DNA of 64,000 nt from Marinilabiliaceae bacterium. GTDB lineage: Bacteria > Bacteroidota > Bacteroidia > Bacteroidales > Marinilabiliaceae. The position numbers were made by a program, and so were the translations under genes. The stretch covers positions 2,812-66,811 of the forward strand of contig JBNKRV010000211.1 of NCBI GenBank assembly GCA_050296935.1, in the 5' to 3' direction. This document shows positions 36,783-48,578 of the stretch, one piece after another. Each line of letters opens with the position of its first letter. Positions within the stretch are counted from its first letter, which is position 1. The notes under the pieces were generated by a model. The model was not told where the DNA came from, did not search any database, and was given only the letters and a program-made list of their open reading frames with translations.

Positions 36783-39700
36783 ATGGCAGTTGGTAAAACA
36801 AATAGACTAAGTAAAGTTGCAAGAGAGTTCAATGTTGGGATTCATACAATTGTTGAATTTCTTCAGAAAAAAGGATTTGAGGTTGAAACTAATCCCAATA
36901 CCAAAGTAACTGAAGAGATGTATCATCATATTGAAAATGAATACAATACGGACTTGAATGTTCGTAAGAAATCAGAAGCTCTCAGCAAACAGAAACATCA
37001 AAAAGAAACGATCTCTATAGAAGATATCAGAAAAGATCTTGATGCTCCTGCTGAGAAAGAATCAACTCCGAAAGAGGAGGTAAAACCTGAAAAAATTGAG
37101 ATTCCTCATAAAGAGGCTCCTAAAGTATTGGGTAAGATTGATCTGGATAATGTTTCTGGTAAGAAAACACAACCAAAGGAGGAAGTGAAAGATACTCCGG
37201 TAGAAGAAGCTAAGTCTTCCGTAAAGGAAGCTGAAAAGCCTGCAGAACAAAAAAAGGAAGAGCCTGAAAAGGAAGAATCAAAGAAAGAAGAACCTAAAAA
37301 GGAAGAACCTAAAAAGGAAGAGCCTAAAAAAGACGTTGAGGAGCCTCATAAACCAACTGCCAAAAGAACAATTGAGGAACCAAAGGTTTTAGGTAAAATA
37401 GATATTGATTCTGTGAATAAACCTCAAAAGAGTAAAAAGAAACCTGAGAAAGTCGAAAGTCGTTCTGAAGAAAAGGAAGCTACTCCTCCTGAAAAGGAAA
37501 CTCCAAAGGTAGAGGAACAGCCTAAAAAAATAGAAAAGGTGGAGCATAAACCTAAAAATGAGAAATCCCCTGAAACTCCAGTGCTGAATAAAAAGGAAGG
37601 TTCAGAGGAAAAAAGTGATAGCGTATTTAAACCTACTCAGGTTAAAAAGCTTTCAGGTCCTACAGTGGTAGGTAAAATTGAATTGCCTAAAACTCCGGTT
37701 AAATCGGATAATGCAGGCGATAAAAATAAGAAGAAGAAGAGAAAACGTATACGCAAAGATAAAGAGCGTGTAAATATAAATGAAAAACAAAGCCAGCAAG
37801 GTAGTGGAGGTAACCAACAACAAGGAGGTGGCCAGAAACAAAGAGGACCTGGTGGACAACAGAATAATCAAAGAAATCAGGATAGACCTAATCGCAGGCA
37901 GAAACCAGTGCATCGTCGTCCTGTAAAAGCTGAGATTAGTGAAGAAGACGTTCAAAAGCAGATTAAAGATACACTAGCCAGATTAACTGCGGGAAAAGGA
38001 AAGTCAAAAGCTTCCCGTCACCGTAGAGATAAGCGGGATGCAGTTAGTCAGAAGCAAATGGCCGAAATGGAAAAGGCCAGCCAGGAAAAGAATGTTATTA
38101 AGGTAACAGAATTTGTGACGGTTGCGGAATTGGCATCGATGATGAATGTTCAGGTAAACCAGATTATTGCATCTTGTATGAGTCTTGGTTTGTTCGTGTC
38201 TATAAATCAGAGATTAGATGCGGAAACCATTACTTTGGTTGCTGAAGAGTTTGATCATACCGTAGAATTTATTAGTGTTGAAGTTGCTGCTGCAATTGAA
38301 GAGGATGAAATTGAGGATGAAACTCAATTAGAACCACGTTCTCCTATTGTTACAGTAATGGGGCATGTTGACCACGGTAAAACATCTTTACTGGATCATA
38401 TTCGTAATGCTAATGTGATTCAGGGTGAAGCCGGGGGTATTACTCAGCATATTGGTGCGTATTCCGTTACTTTGGAATCAGGACGTAAGATTACATTCCT
38501 TGATACTCCGGGTCATGAGGCTTTTACCGCCATGCGTGCTCGTGGAGCCCAGGTTACTGATATCGCCATTATTATTGTAGCTGCGGATGATAATGTGATG
38601 CCTCAAACGGTTGAAGCTATCAATCACGCTTCTGCTGCAGGTGTGCCAATTGTGTTTGCTATCAATAAAATAGATAAACCAGGTGCTAATCCTGATAAGA
38701 TAAAAGAAGAACTGGCAAATATGAATTACCTGGTTGAAGACTGGGGAGGTAAATATCAGTGTCAGGAAATTTCAGCTAAAAACGGTATTAATATAGATGT
38801 ACTTCTTGAAAAAGTACTTTTAGAAGCTGATCTTTTAGAGCTTCAGGCCGTGAAGGAAAAAAGAGCTGTTGGTTCAGTTATTGAATCATCATTAGATAAA
38901 GGTAGAGGATATGTAACAACAGTATTGGTACAATCAGGTACTTTACGTGTTGGAGATATTATTCTGGCGGGTAGTTACATGGGGCACGTGAAAGCCATGT
39001 TTAACGAAAGAAATAAGAAAGTTGATGAAGCAGGTCCTTCAGAACCAGTGTTAATGCTGGGTTTAAACGGAGCAGCTCAGGCGGGTGAGAAGTTCAATGT
39101 TATGGAAAGCGAACGTGAGGCTAAAGAGATTACGAATAAACGTACTCAGTTACAGCGTGAGCAAGGAATGAGAACTAAAAAGCATATTACGCTTGATGAA
39201 ATTGGTCGTCGTATCGCCATTGGAAACTTCCAGGAATTGAATGTTATTGTGAAGGGTGATGTGGATGGTTCTATTGAAGCATTAGCAGATTCGTTGATCA
39301 AACTTTCTACTGATGAAATTCAGGTTAATGTGATACATAAAGCGGTAGGACAAATATCTGAGTCAGATATCATGTTGGCGGCAGCATCCAATGCTATTGT
39401 AATTGGATTCCAGGTTCGTCCTTCTATTGCAGCCAGAAAGATTGCAGAAAAAGAAGAGATTGATATCAGACTTTACTCTATCATCTACGATGCTATTGAA
39501 GAATTGAAGTCTGCTATGGAAGGAATGTTATCTCCTGAAATAAAAGAGCAAATTATTGCATCGCTTGAAATTCGCGAAACCTTTAAAATTACTAAGGTGG
39601 GTACGATTGCAGGTTGTATGGTTAAGGAAGGTAAGATTAAACGTAGTTCTAAAATCCGCCTGATTCGAGAAGGTATTGTAATATATACTGGATTGTTAGG

Positions 39701-39842
39701 TTCATTGAAGCGATTTAAAGATGACGCTAAAGAAGTAGCTTCTGGTTATGAATGTGGATTAAATATCGAAAATTACAACGATATCAAAGTTGGTGACGTT
39801 GTGGAAGCATTTGAAGAAGTGGAAGTGTCTAGGAAGTTATAA
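36783..39842 (+). CDS. infB: translation initiation factor IF-2
   Basis: GTPase motifs [14 protein letters not shown] and NKID. Long K/E/P- and Q/G-rich N-terminal region. Confidence 0.95.
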   Translation: MAVGKTNRLSKVAREFNVGIHTIVEFLQKKGFEVETNPNTKVTEEMYHHIENEYNTDLNVRKKSEALSKQKHQKETISIEDIRKDLDAPAEKESTPKEEVKPEKIEIPHKEAPKVLGKIDLDNVSGKKTQPKEEVKDTPVEEAKSSVKEAEKPAEQKKEEPEKEESKKEEPKKEEPKKEEPKKDVEEPHKPTAKRTIEEPKVLGKIDIDSVNKPQKSKKKPEKVESRSEEKEATPPEKETPKVEEQPKKIEKVEHKPKNEKSPETPVLNKKEGSEEKSDSVFKPTQVKKLSGPTVVGKIELPKTPVKSDNAGDKNKKKKRKRIRKDKERVNINEKQSQQGSGGNQQQGGGQKQRGPGGQQNNQRNQDRPNRRQKPVHRRPVKAEISEEDVQKQIKDTLARLTAGKGKSKASRHRRDKRDAVSQKQMAEMEKASQEKNVIKVTEFVTVAELASMMNVQVNQIIASCMSLGLFVSINQRLDAETITLVAEEFDHTVEFISVEVAAAIEEDEIEDETQLEPRSPIVTVMGHVDHGKTSLLDHIRNANVIQGEAGGITQHIGAYSVTLESGRKITFLDTPGHEAFTAMRARGAQVTDIAIIIVAADDNVMPQTVEAINHASAAGVPIVFAINKIDKPGANPDKIKEELANMNYLVEDWGGKYQCQEISAKNGINIDVLLEKVLLEADLLELQAVKEKRAVGSVIESSLDKGRGYVTTVLVQSGTLRVGDIILAGSYMGHVKAMFNERNKKVDEAGPSEPVLMLGLNGAAQAGEKFNVMESEREAKEITNKRTQLQREQGMRTKKHITLDEIGRRIAIGNFQELNVIVKGDVDGSIEALADSLIKLSTDEIQVNVIHKAVGQISESDIMLAAASNAIVIGFQVRPSIAARKIAEKEEIDIRLYSIIYDAIEELKSAMEGMLSPEIKEQIIASLEIRETFKITKVGTIAGCMVKEGKIKRSSKIRLIREGIVIYTGLLGSLKRFKDDAKEVASGYECGLNIENYNDIKVGDVVEAFEEVEVSRKL
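37251..37333 (+). repeat. in-frame 15-nt tandem repeat (KKEEP units) inside infB
   Basis: GAAGAACCTAAAAAG-like unit repeated about 5 times, encoding EEPKK low-complexity sequence. Confidence 0.6.
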
Positions 39843-39864
39843 AAGAGATTTATAATATATCATT

Positions 39865-39903
39865 AAAAAACCCCTGTTCATTTTATATGAACAGGGTTTT
39901 TTT
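39865..39903 (+). terminator. intrinsic terminator after infB
   Basis: CCCTGTTCA-TTTTATA-TGAACAGGG followed by T7. Confidence 0.85.
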
Positions 39904-40043
39904 GTAAAGCATAAACGGTATGAATCAGAATTTTATCGAAAGCCTTATAAACAATTACTAAGAAGGGAAATCTAAAATTTGATATCGAACACAGGTTTAT
40001 GCATATTCTGGTTACTGCTTGATGTAAACCTCAGCAACAGTAG

Positions 40044-41366
40044 TTATTGAAAATTGAATATCAATGTTCTTGAGCTCTTTATATTATTATTTTTCAACTT
40101 AGCAGGTTCCCATTTTCCCATTTCAATTATCTTATCCTTAAGCAATTTTTCAAAACGAATTTCTGTTTGTGTAATCATTTCTATATGGGTAACCTCACCA
40201 GTATTTGAAATAATCAGTTCAACTTCAACTTTTTTGTTTTCGTGGTTTGAATTCGGGAAACTGTTTTTTAAACTATTCTCTATCTTTCGGATATACCTTT
40301 TAATATTAATAGGTGGTTTAGGTGGAGTTTCAGGTTCAAGAATCTCATCAGACTGTATTGCTTCTGAGCTTTCAATGTCATTGATCGAATGTTTTTCTTT
40401 TTTTTGATATTCCACTCCAATCAATTCTTGCATGGCAAATATGTCACTTTCTAAAACGATATCACCAATAGAATCTTTATCTATAGTAATTCTCTTTTTT
40501 TTATGTCCCAGGTAATCTACTTTTATATTATGTTCTTCGTTTTTGGGAACGGTTATCTTAAAATCCCCTTCTTTATTGGTTACAGTAGCGGTACTTGATT
40601 GTGTATCAAATACAGAGACTACTGGTAATGGTTTTCCATTTTCATCAATAACTTTTCCTTTTACTTGAATAAATGAATCAGGTGTGATCTTTTTTGTGCC
40701 GTCTAAAATATAGGATTCTCTGGATGTTCTTGTTTTATTTGAGGTTATTGTAGCTGCTGCAATTCTGCCTTTAATTGATTTATGTGTTGTAGTCTCTGAA
40801 TCGGTTCTTAAAATATGGCTTTTAATAGCGTTCTTTTTATATAAAGAGGTGTTGTCTGTTGTGCTTGAACTTAATGAATGTAACGGCTGAGGTTTAACTG
40901 GTGAATTACTTTCTGCTATTTTTGATTCAGCAGTTGTTGTGTTTCTTTCTTCCATTGTTATTGGAACGATTACTTCTTCTTCTATTGTGATATCATTATT
41001 TTCTATAGGTTCACTGAATTTTGTAGGGTTATCAAATGCCTTTTCCTGATTCTTACTTAATAACTTTTCATTTTGTATGGTGTTAATAAATATCAAAATT
41101 GAAATGCCAATAGTTAGTAATGATATGGCTGCAATTCGAATCCAGACAGGCAGAATTATACCAGATTTCTGCTTGTTAAATTTCTTTTCAATTTCCTGTA
41201 AAGAGGCTTTTATTTCATCTGGATTTATTTGTTCATATCCTTCAACAGCATCTTTTAAAAAAGGATCAATTTCCATTTCTCGTTCAAACATATGCCTTTC
41301 CCTGTCCGACATTTGATTTGTCAGATATTGAATAATTTTTGATATGTATTGGTTGCTATTTGACAT
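40044..41366 (-). CDS. putative anti-sigma factor / membrane protein with CarboxypepD_reg-like and TonB-C-like domains
   Basis: Overlaps the stop of the ECF sigma gene. Cytoplasmic N-terminus, one TM helix (WIRIAAISLLTIGISILIF), then a VKGKVIDENGKPLP beta-sandwich segment. Confidence 0.6.
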   Translation of the reverse strand: MSNSNQYISKIIQYLTNQMSDRERHMFEREMEIDPFLKDAVEGYEQINPDEIKASLQEIEKKFNKQKSGIILPVWIRIAAISLLTIGISILIFINTIQNEKLLSKNQEKAFDNPTKFSEPIENNDITIEEEVIVPITMEERNTTTAESKIAESNSPVKPQPLHSLSSSTTDNTSLYKKNAIKSHILRTDSETTTHKSIKGRIAAATITSNKTRTSRESYILDGTKKITPDSFIQVKGKVIDENGKPLPVVSVFDTQSSTATVTNKEGDFKITVPKNEEHNIKVDYLGHKKKRITIDKDSIGDIVLESDIFAMQELIGVEYQKKEKHSINDIESSEAIQSDEILEPETPPKPPINIKRYIRKIENSLKNSFPNSNHENKKVEVELIISNTGEVTHIEMITQTEIRFEKLLKDKIIEMGKWEPAKLKNNNIKSSRTLIFNFQ

Positions 41367-41943
41367 GGTTGTTCTTCAGACAAATTTTTAAGTTACGTTT
41401 GGCATTTTGAATGTAGCTTTTCACTTTTTTAACCTCGATATTCATTTTCAGGGATATCTGTTGATAGCTGAGTTCATTAAAATAGAAAAGTTCAATGCTT
41501 TCTTTCTGTTGGAATTTAAGTTTGTCAATGCAATTTTTCAATGCTTTTTCGTTACTCATTTTATCTTCTTCATCTATAGGATGAATTATGTAGTTGGATT
41601 CCATAAGTTCTGAGCTGAAAAAGTGCTCATCGTCAATTGAAATATTTTGATGCTTTTTCTTTCTTAATTCCATCAGGCAGTAGTTTTTGGTTACTACATA
41701 TAGCCAGGGTTTAAAATTCTCAATATTGGAGGTTATGATGGATTTGGCAATTTTCTCAAATATAAGAGTAACCATATCCTGAGAATCCTCTTTGTCTTTT
41801 AAATATTTTAAACAAACACCATAAACCAGATCCATATATCTGGAATATAACTGTCCTAAAGTATTCAGATCACCATTATGTATATATTGGGTAAGTAAAT
41901 CAGCGTCAGATATATTTTTCGATTTTGAGAATATGGTTTTCAT
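41356..41943 (-). CDS. RNA polymerase sigma-70 factor, ECF subfamily
   Basis: Region 2 (LYSRYMDLVYGVCLKYL, FKPWLYVVTKN) and a region 4 HTH (LSYQQISLKMNIEVKKVKSYI). Confidence 0.85.
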   Translation of the reverse strand: MKTIFSKSKNISDADLLTQYIHNGDLNTLGQLYSRYMDLVYGVCLKYLKDKEDSQDMVTLIFEKIAKSIITSNIENFKPWLYVVTKNYCLMELRKKKHQNISIDDEHFFSSELMESNYIIHPIDEEDKMSNEKALKNCIDKLKFQQKESIELFYFNELSYQQISLKMNIEVKKVKSYIQNAKRNLKICLKNNHVK

Positions 41944-42510
41944 CTGATTATATTAAACTGCAGTTAAAAGTAGAAAAGTTTAAGACAAATATTACAGAAT
42001 ATTTTAAAAACGGTCTAATTCAATGCTTATATTCTTAAAAAACCATAAAATTATTGTGATAATGTATGTACAATGTTCTATTGAGTACTCAAATTGTTAC
42101 CTTTGTTTTATATCCACCTGTTTATTTAAAACGAGTAAGTGTTGCTTGTGTTTTATTGAGTAAATTAATTACTTGAATATCTGACACTTGTCTCTGCGTT
42201 CCCTCTGGTCTTGATGTTTGTTATGTAAAGTTGAGCCGTTTTTTACACCAATTCATTTAAGTTTTGATTTTGAGAAAGTCAATTTTCAATTGATTTTCAA
42301 TTTATTGCTTATTTAGACTGGCTTAATTTTATTTAATCTAAATAGTTTGTTAATTTTGCGTTTTTCAATGCAGTAATATGTGATTTATTTCATGTTATTA
42401 TTGTGTTGAAGTATAAGTTAAATATTATTCAATGCTGTAATCCGGTAAATAATTTAGATGAACTCATGTATGTTTAAATTGTTAGAGGATAAAGATATAG
42501 ATAAGAAGTT

Positions 42511-43959
42511 ATGGCAGAAGATCAGGATAAAATTTTAGAAGAAGTTACTGGAGGTGAATATAAATATGGTTTCTCTACTGATATTGAAACAGATTTTATT
42601 CCTAAAGGACTCAATGAAGATGTGGTTAGGATTATTTCGGCTAAGAAAAATGAGCCCGAATGGATGCTTGAATTCAGACTTAAAGCATATAGGCATTGGT
42701 TGACGATGAAGTCACCCAGTTGGGCAAAACTGAATCTTCCGGAAATCGATTTTCAGGAAATCATCTATTATGCTGCTCCTAAAAAGAAACCTCAGTTAGA
42801 CAATATGGATGAGGTGGATCCTGAGTTAAAGGCAACCTTTGATAAATTAGGAATTCCATTGGATGAACAAAAGATTTTGGCTGGAGTTGCTGTGGATGCT
42901 GTTATGGATAGCGTTTCGGTTAAAACAACCTTTAAAGAAACATTAGCTGAGAAAGGAATTATTTTTTGCAGCTTTAGTGAAGCTGTTCAGGAATATCCCG
43001 ATTTAGTGAAAAAATATATGGGATCAGTTGTTCCTTACACAGATAATTATTTCGCAGCACTTAATTGTGCCGTTTTTAGCGATGGTTCCTTTGTATATAT
43101 CCCTAAAGGTGTGAGATGTCCAATAGAACTGTCTACCTATTTTAGAATTAATGCAATAAATACCGGACAATTTGAGCGTACTTTAATTGTAGCTGATGAT
43201 GATAGTTATGTAAGTTATCTTGAGGGCTGTACAGCTCCGCAACGAGATGAAAATCAATTGCATGCTGCTATTGTTGAAATAATTGCAATGGAACGTGCTG
43301 AGGTAAAATATTCGACCGTTCAGAATTGGTACCCGGGCGATAAAAATGGTAAGGGAGGAATTTACAATTTTGTTACCAAAAGAGGAAATTGTAAAGGAGA
43401 CTACTCCAAGATCATGTGGACACAGGTGGAGACTGGTTCTGCAATTACCTGGAAATATCCAAGCTGTATTTTAATGGGGGATCATTCTGTTGGTGAGTTT
43501 TATTCCGTTGCAGTAACAAATAATCACCAGCAAGCGGATACAGGTACCAAAATGATTCATATAGGTAAAAACACCAGAAGTTTAATTGTATCTAAAGGTG
43601 TTTCTGCAGGAAAAAGTCAGAATAGTTACAGAGGATTGGTTAGAGTGAATAAGAAGGCAGAGAATGCACGTAATTTTTCACAGTGTGATTCATTGTTAAT
43701 GGGAGACCAATGTGGTGCTCATACTTTTCCATATCTCGAGATTAATAATAATTCTGCTGTGGTTGAGCACGAAGCTACAACCTCAAAAATCGGAGAGGAT
43801 CAGATCTTTTATTGTAATACGAGAGGTTTGTCAACCGAGGATGCCGTAGGATTAATTGTGAATGGATATGTTAAAGAAGTAATTAACCAATTACCAATGG
43901 AGTTTGCTGTAGAAGCACAAAAATTATTGCAAATTAGTTTAGAAGGTAGTGTAGGGTAA
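42511..43959 (+). CDS. sufB: Fe-S cluster assembly protein SufB
   Basis: Highly conserved SufB sequence ([19 protein letters not shown]). Confidence 0.95.
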   Translation: MAEDQDKILEEVTGGEYKYGFSTDIETDFIPKGLNEDVVRIISAKKNEPEWMLEFRLKAYRHWLTMKSPSWAKLNLPEIDFQEIIYYAAPKKKPQLDNMDEVDPELKATFDKLGIPLDEQKILAGVAVDAVMDSVSVKTTFKETLAEKGIIFCSFSEAVQEYPDLVKKYMGSVVPYTDNYFAALNCAVFSDGSFVYIPKGVRCPIELSTYFRINAINTGQFERTLIVADDDSYVSYLEGCTAPQRDENQLHAAIVEIIAMERAEVKYSTVQNWYPGDKNGKGGIYNFVTKRGNCKGDYSKIMWTQVETGSAITWKYPSCILMGDHSVGEFYSVAVTNNHQQADTGTKMIHIGKNTRSLIVSKGVSAGKSQNSYRGLVRVNKKAENARNFSQCDSLLMGDQCGAHTFPYLEINNNSAVVEHEATTSKIGEDQIFYCNTRGLSTEDAVGLIVNGYVKEVINQLPMEFAVEAQKLLQISLEGSVG

Positions 43960-44069
43960 GTGTACTTATCTGTTCATTGCAAAAATGAAAGAACTCTTAT
44001 TGTTGTATAATTATAAGAGTAGTACGCTTAACTAACTATCAGTTTTATAAACTTTTTAATACAAATAGA

Positions 44070-44822
44070 ATGCTAGAAATTAAAGACTTACATGCTAAAA
44101 TAGAGGATAAAGAAATACTAAGAGGGATTAATCTTACCGTTAAGCCGGGTGAGGTTCATGCTATTATGGGACCAAACGGATCAGGTAAAAGTACCTTGTC
44201 CTCGGTGTTAGCTGGAAGTGAGGTTTTTGAAGTTTCAGAAGGTTCTGCTACTTTTTTTGGTAAGAATCTATTAGAAATGCCTGCTGAAGATAGAGCACGA
44301 GAAGGTCTGTTCTATAGTTTTCAATATCCGGTAGAGATACCTGGAGTAAGTATGGTTAATTTTATGCGAACTGCTGTTAATGAGCATCGTAAATACCGCA
44401 ATGAAAAGGCATTGACTGCAAGTGAGTTTTTGAAACTGATGCGCGAAAAGAAAAATTTGGTTGAAATAGATTCTAATCTTACAAATCGTTCTGTAAACGA
44501 AGGTTTTTCAGGAGGGGAGAAAAAGAAGAATGAGATTTTTCAGATGGCTATGTTACAACCCAGAGTATCTATTCTTGATGAAACAGATTCGGGATTGGAT
44601 ATTGATGCTTTGCGTATTGTTGCTAATGGAGTAAATAAGTTAAAGTCAAAAGATAATGCAACTATAGTAATTACCCATTATCAAAGGTTACTTGATTATA
44701 TAGTACCTGATTTTGTACATGTATTGTATAAAGGAAGAATTGTTATGTCTGCAGGAAAGGAATTAGCTTTTGAGTTGGAAGAAAAAGGTTACGACTGGAT
44801 TAAGAAACAGTTTGAAGATTAG
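44070..44822 (+). CDS. sufC: Fe-S cluster assembly ATPase SufC
   Basis: Walker A GPNGSGKST, ABC signature FSGGEKK and Walker B ILDETDSGLD. Confidence 0.95.
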   Translation: MLEIKDLHAKIEDKEILRGINLTVKPGEVHAIMGPNGSGKSTLSSVLAGSEVFEVSEGSATFFGKNLLEMPAEDRAREGLFYSFQYPVEIPGVSMVNFMRTAVNEHRKYRNEKALTASEFLKLMREKKNLVEIDSNLTNRSVNEGFSGGEKKKNEIFQMAMLQPRVSILDETDSGLDIDALRIVANGVNKLKSKDNATIVITHYQRLLDYIVPDFVHVLYKGRIVMSAGKELAFELEEKGYDWIKKQFED

Positions 44823-44893
44823 GTTTGCATCAGGTAGATACTTAAAATGTATTTACGTTTCTTAATCACTTTTATCATTTAAACCTTAGTAAG

Positions 44894-46288
44894 ATGAGTA
44901 TAACAGATACAGATATTAAAATAGAAGATAAATATATTTCTCTTTATCAGGAATCGTTAAGTGATTTAAATAAAGTAGTTTCCACTGAGATTTCAGATCA
45001 AAGAGATAATGCCATCCGTATTTTTGAGGATAAAGGGATTCCTACACGAAAGGTTGAAAGTTACAAATATACCAACTTAGGGGCGCAATTCGAAAATGAT
45101 TATGGCTTTGACTTTAAGCATGAAATTTTCAGTAAAAATCTATCAGAGGTTTTTAATTGTAATGTGCACGAGTTGGAGGCTACAACCATCTATTTAATTA
45201 ACGGGTGGTATTACAGGCAAAATCAATTGCCTACAGCTTTACCGGAAGGCGTACTTATAGGAAGTTTAGCTTCCTATTCGAAATCTCATCCTCATTTGTT
45301 TGAAGAGCATTATAATAAATATGCAAAAAATGACGTGCACAGTTTGGTGGCTTTAAATACAGCCTTTGCTCAGGATGGATTCTTTATTTATATACCCAGA
45401 GGAGTTGTTATTGAAAAGCCTATTCAGGTTGTAAATATCATGCAATCAGATGATGATTTAATGACCTTCCCAAGGAATTTAATTATTGTTGAAGAAAATG
45501 CGCAAGCCAAGGTTTTGGTTTGCGAACATACACTGTCGGATAATAAGTTTCTATTGAATGGTGTAACAGAGGCTTATGTCGATAAAAATGCAGTTTTTGA
45601 TATTTATAACATCCAGAATCAGCATAATTTGGCTACAAATATTTCTTCTGTTTTTATTCAGCAAAAGGAGCACTCCAGTGTTTTAACTCATAATCTGACA
45701 CTTCATACAGGCATTACGCGAAATAACATCTATGTACACATGGACGATGAACATTGTGAATCTCATGTGTATGGATTGTTTATCTCAGATAAAAGTCAGC
45801 ATGTGGATAATTATACCTATATCGATCATGCTAAGCCCAATTGTTATAGTGAGGAATTGTTTAAAGGAGTGTTAGATGATTCTGCTACCGGTGCTTTTGC
45901 CGGAAAAATTATGGTGCGTAAAGATGCTCAGAAAACAAGTGCCTTTCAGCGCAACGATAATTTATTGCTCACCGATTCAGCAAAAATGAATACAAAACCT
46001 ATGTTGGAAATTTATGCTGATGATGTGAAATGTTCGCATGGAGCAACTGTAGGACAACTGGATGAAAAATCAATGTTTTATCTTCGTTCGAGAGGAATTA
46101 ACAAAGATGAGGCCCGGATTCTTTTAATGTATGCATTTGCTTATGAGGCGGTAGAAAAAATAAGAGTAGAGGCATTGCGCGAGCAAATAAGAGATTTAGT
46201 TGAGCATGTTTTCAGAGGAGAGTTAAATAAATGTCATTCATGCGTTTTGTGTGGTCAACAGGCCGGAAGTGAGTATACCTGCATGTAA
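44894..46288 (+). CDS. sufD: Fe-S cluster assembly protein SufD
   Basis: SufBD beta-helix C-terminal region (LEIYADDVKCSHGATVGQLD) and operon position. Confidence 0.9.
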   Translation: MSITDTDIKIEDKYISLYQESLSDLNKVVSTEISDQRDNAIRIFEDKGIPTRKVESYKYTNLGAQFENDYGFDFKHEIFSKNLSEVFNCNVHELEATTIYLINGWYYRQNQLPTALPEGVLIGSLASYSKSHPHLFEEHYNKYAKNDVHSLVALNTAFAQDGFFIYIPRGVVIEKPIQVVNIMQSDDDLMTFPRNLIIVEENAQAKVLVCEHTLSDNKFLLNGVTEAYVDKNAVFDIYNIQNQHNLATNISSVFIQQKEHSSVLTHNLTLHTGITRNNIYVHMDDEHCESHVYGLFISDKSQHVDNYTYIDHAKPNCYSEELFKGVLDDSATGAFAGKIMVRKDAQKTSAFQRNDNLLLTDSAKMNTKPMLEIYADDVKCSHGATVGQLDEKSMFYLRSRGINKDEARILLMYAFAYEAVEKIRVEALREQIRDLVEHVFRGELNKCHSCVLCGQQAGSEYTCM

Positions 46289-46329
46289 TTGATAAATTAT
46301 AAAATCACTATCACACAGTTTGTTTTGTT

Positions 46330-47550
46330 ATGGGATTAAATTTGAATCATATTAGGGAGCAATTCCCAATATTAGATAGTGTTATATATGGGAAACCTCT
46401 GGCCTATTTCGACAATGCAGCTACTACTCATAAGCCGTTGAGAGTTACGAAAAAGGTGGATGAAGTCTATCATACTTTAAATAGTAATATACATCGAGGA
46501 GTTCATTACCTGAGTAATCAGGCTACCATTGCCTATGAGGAGGCAAGAGGGAAAGTTCAGAAATTTATAAATGCAAAGCATTCTCATGAAGTAATATTTA
46601 CTTCCGGAGCAACTGCTGCAATAAATCTTTTGGCTTGTTCGTTTGGCGATACATATATTAATGAAGGGGATGAGATTTTGATCTCAACTATGGAGCATCA
46701 TTCTAATATTGTCCCCTGGCAAATGATGTGTAAGCGAAAAAAGGCAATTCTTAAGGTAATACCAATAGATTTGAATGGAAATCTGGATATGGAATCCTTT
46801 GAAAAATTGCTATCGGAGAAAACCAGATTAGTTGCAGTAACTTATGTTTCAAATGCGTTAGGTACTGTAAATCCGGTAAAAGAAATTATTGAAAAAGCGC
46901 ATTTAAATAATTCCGGAATTATGTTGGATGCCTCTCAGGCTGTTCAGCATATGAATGTGGATGTACAGGAATTAGATGTTGATTTTCTGGTTTTTTCAGG
47001 ACATAAAATATATGGGCCTACAGGAACCGGAGTGGTCTATGGAAAAGAGGAGTTCATGAACGAGATGGTGCCATGGCAAGGTGGTGGTGAAATGATCAAA
47101 ACGGTTACATTTGAAGAAACCAGTTACAATGAGCTTCCATTTAAATTTGAGGCCGGCACTCCAAATATTGCAGGTGCAATAGGTTTAGGAGAAGCCATTG
47201 ATTTTGTATCAGAATTAGGCCTTGAAAATATTTACAATCATGAACATGAGTTGTTAACTTATGCTACTGAAAAGTTTAAGACCATAGATGGAATGAGGAT
47301 AATAGGAGAAGCTAAAGAGAAATCAAGTGTCATCTCCTTTTTGGTTCGTCAGATACATCCATTTGATATGGGTACTATGCTGGATAAAATGGGTCTGGCA
47401 GTCAGAACAGGACATCATTGTGCACAACCTATCATGGATTTTTATGGAATACCAGGTACTTTAAGGGCTTCTTTTGCTGTATATAATACCAAAGAGGAGA
47501 TTGATAGATTAGTTGAAGGTATTGCCAGGGTTGCCATGTTATTTGGGTAA
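46330..47550 (+). CDS. sufS: cysteine desulfurase, SufS subfamily
   Basis: PLP-lysine context SGHKIYGPTG and catalytic Cys loop RTGHHCAQP. Confidence 0.95.
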   Translation: MGLNLNHIREQFPILDSVIYGKPLAYFDNAATTHKPLRVTKKVDEVYHTLNSNIHRGVHYLSNQATIAYEEARGKVQKFINAKHSHEVIFTSGATAAINLLACSFGDTYINEGDEILISTMEHHSNIVPWQMMCKRKKAILKVIPIDLNGNLDMESFEKLLSEKTRLVAVTYVSNALGTVNPVKEIIEKAHLNNSGIMLDASQAVQHMNVDVQELDVDFLVFSGHKIYGPTGTGVVYGKEEFMNEMVPWQGGGEMIKTVTFEETSYNELPFKFEAGTPNIAGAIGLGEAIDFVSELGLENIYNHEHELLTYATEKFKTIDGMRIIGEAKEKSSVISFLVRQIHPFDMGTMLDKMGLAVRTGHHCAQPIMDFYGIPGTLRASFAVYNTKEEIDRLVEGIARVAMLFG

Positions 47551-47620
47551 GGATTTTAATTTTATCATATTTGCAGAGATAAAATACGACAATTACATTA
47601 TATATTGAGATTGTAAAAGT

Positions 47621-48043
47621 ATGACTATAAAAGAAATACAGGAAGAAATAATTGATGAGTTCGCATCATTTGAAGAGTGGATGGATAAATATGCTTATTT
47701 AATTGAGTTGGGAAATGATCTGGAACCATTTGATGATAAGTATCGTTTAGATGAGAATTTATTGGATGGATGTCAGTCGAAGGTATGGTTGCATGCATGG
47801 ATGGAAGATGGTAAAGTGTATTATATGGGAGATAGTGATGCCATAATTGTGAAAGGTATTGTGGCTTTGATGATACGTGCTTTATCAGGTCAAAGTCCTG
47901 CAGAGATTCTTGAAAATGAACCTACTTTTATTGATGAAATAGGCTTAAAAGAGCATTTATCACCAACGCGATCAAATGGTTTAGTGGCTATGATTAAACA
48001 AATGAGATTATTTGCACTGGCGTTTAAAGCTAAACAGGCTTAA
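47621..48043 (+). CDS. sufE: SufE family sulfur acceptor
   Basis: LDGCQSKVWL active-site Cys motif. Length 140 aa. Confidence 0.85.
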   Translation: MTIKEIQEEIIDEFASFEEWMDKYAYLIELGNDLEPFDDKYRLDENLLDGCQSKVWLHAWMEDGKVYYMGDSDAIIVKGIVALMIRALSGQSPAEILENEPTFIDEIGLKEHLSPTRSNGLVAMIKQMRLFALAFKAKQA

Positions 48044-48119
48044 ACAATCGATTACGATTGACTGTTTTATTGAAAAGTAACGTATTGATTACTTTGTTTT
48101 ATCAATTGACATTTGAATT

Positions 48120-48437
48120 ATGACAAACGAGTTTTTATCTATAGAAGAGGAAATAGTAAGTACTTTAAAAACAATATTCGACCCGGAAATACCTGTAAAT
48201 ATCTATGATTTAGGTTTGATTTATGAGGTGAATGTGGATGAAGAAGGAAAGGCTATTATTGTGATGACATTGACATCGCCAAACTGTCCGGTTGCAGAAT
48301 CAATGCCTGAAGAGGTTTTTGACAAGGTGAGTGAAATTGAAGGAGTTACTCATGTTGATTTGAATTTAACTTTTGATCCGCCATGGACAAAGGATATGCT
48401 TTCAGATGAGGCTTTGTTAGAGTTAGGATTATTGTAA
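48120..48437 (+). CDS. sufT: DUF59/MIP18 family Fe-S assembly protein (SufT-like)
   Basis: DPEIPVNIYDLGLIY and TLTSPNCPV motifs. Confidence 0.8.
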   Translation: MTNEFLSIEEEIVSTLKTIFDPEIPVNIYDLGLIYEVNVDEEGKAIIVMTLTSPNCPVAESMPEEVFDKVSEIEGVTHVDLNLTFDPPWTKDMLSDEALLELGLL

Positions 48438-48578
48438 AAAATAATATTTACCTTAGAAAGTAAATGAAAATTAATTTCTCGCTTATCAGTATTAGGGCGA
48501 GATATAGCGTATTCGGTGGAATTAGATAATAATTCCTTTTTTTATTGGTTTTAAGATGTCTATGGGGATGTTAAAAAT

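Noticed and set aside
37251-37333. 15-nt tandem repeats that could be mistaken for a VNTR or a mini CRISPR-like array.
   Set aside because: They are in frame inside infB and encode the KKEEP low-complexity linker. There are no spacers and no repeat-spacer periodicity.
42263-42305. Direct repeats TTGATTTTGA / CAATTTTCAATTGATTTTCAATTT upstream of sufB, as a possible Fur/IscR-type operator.
   Set aside because: This is an AT-rich, low-complexity tract. It is not a clear palindrome, and I cannot distinguish it from chance without a clade-specific motif model.
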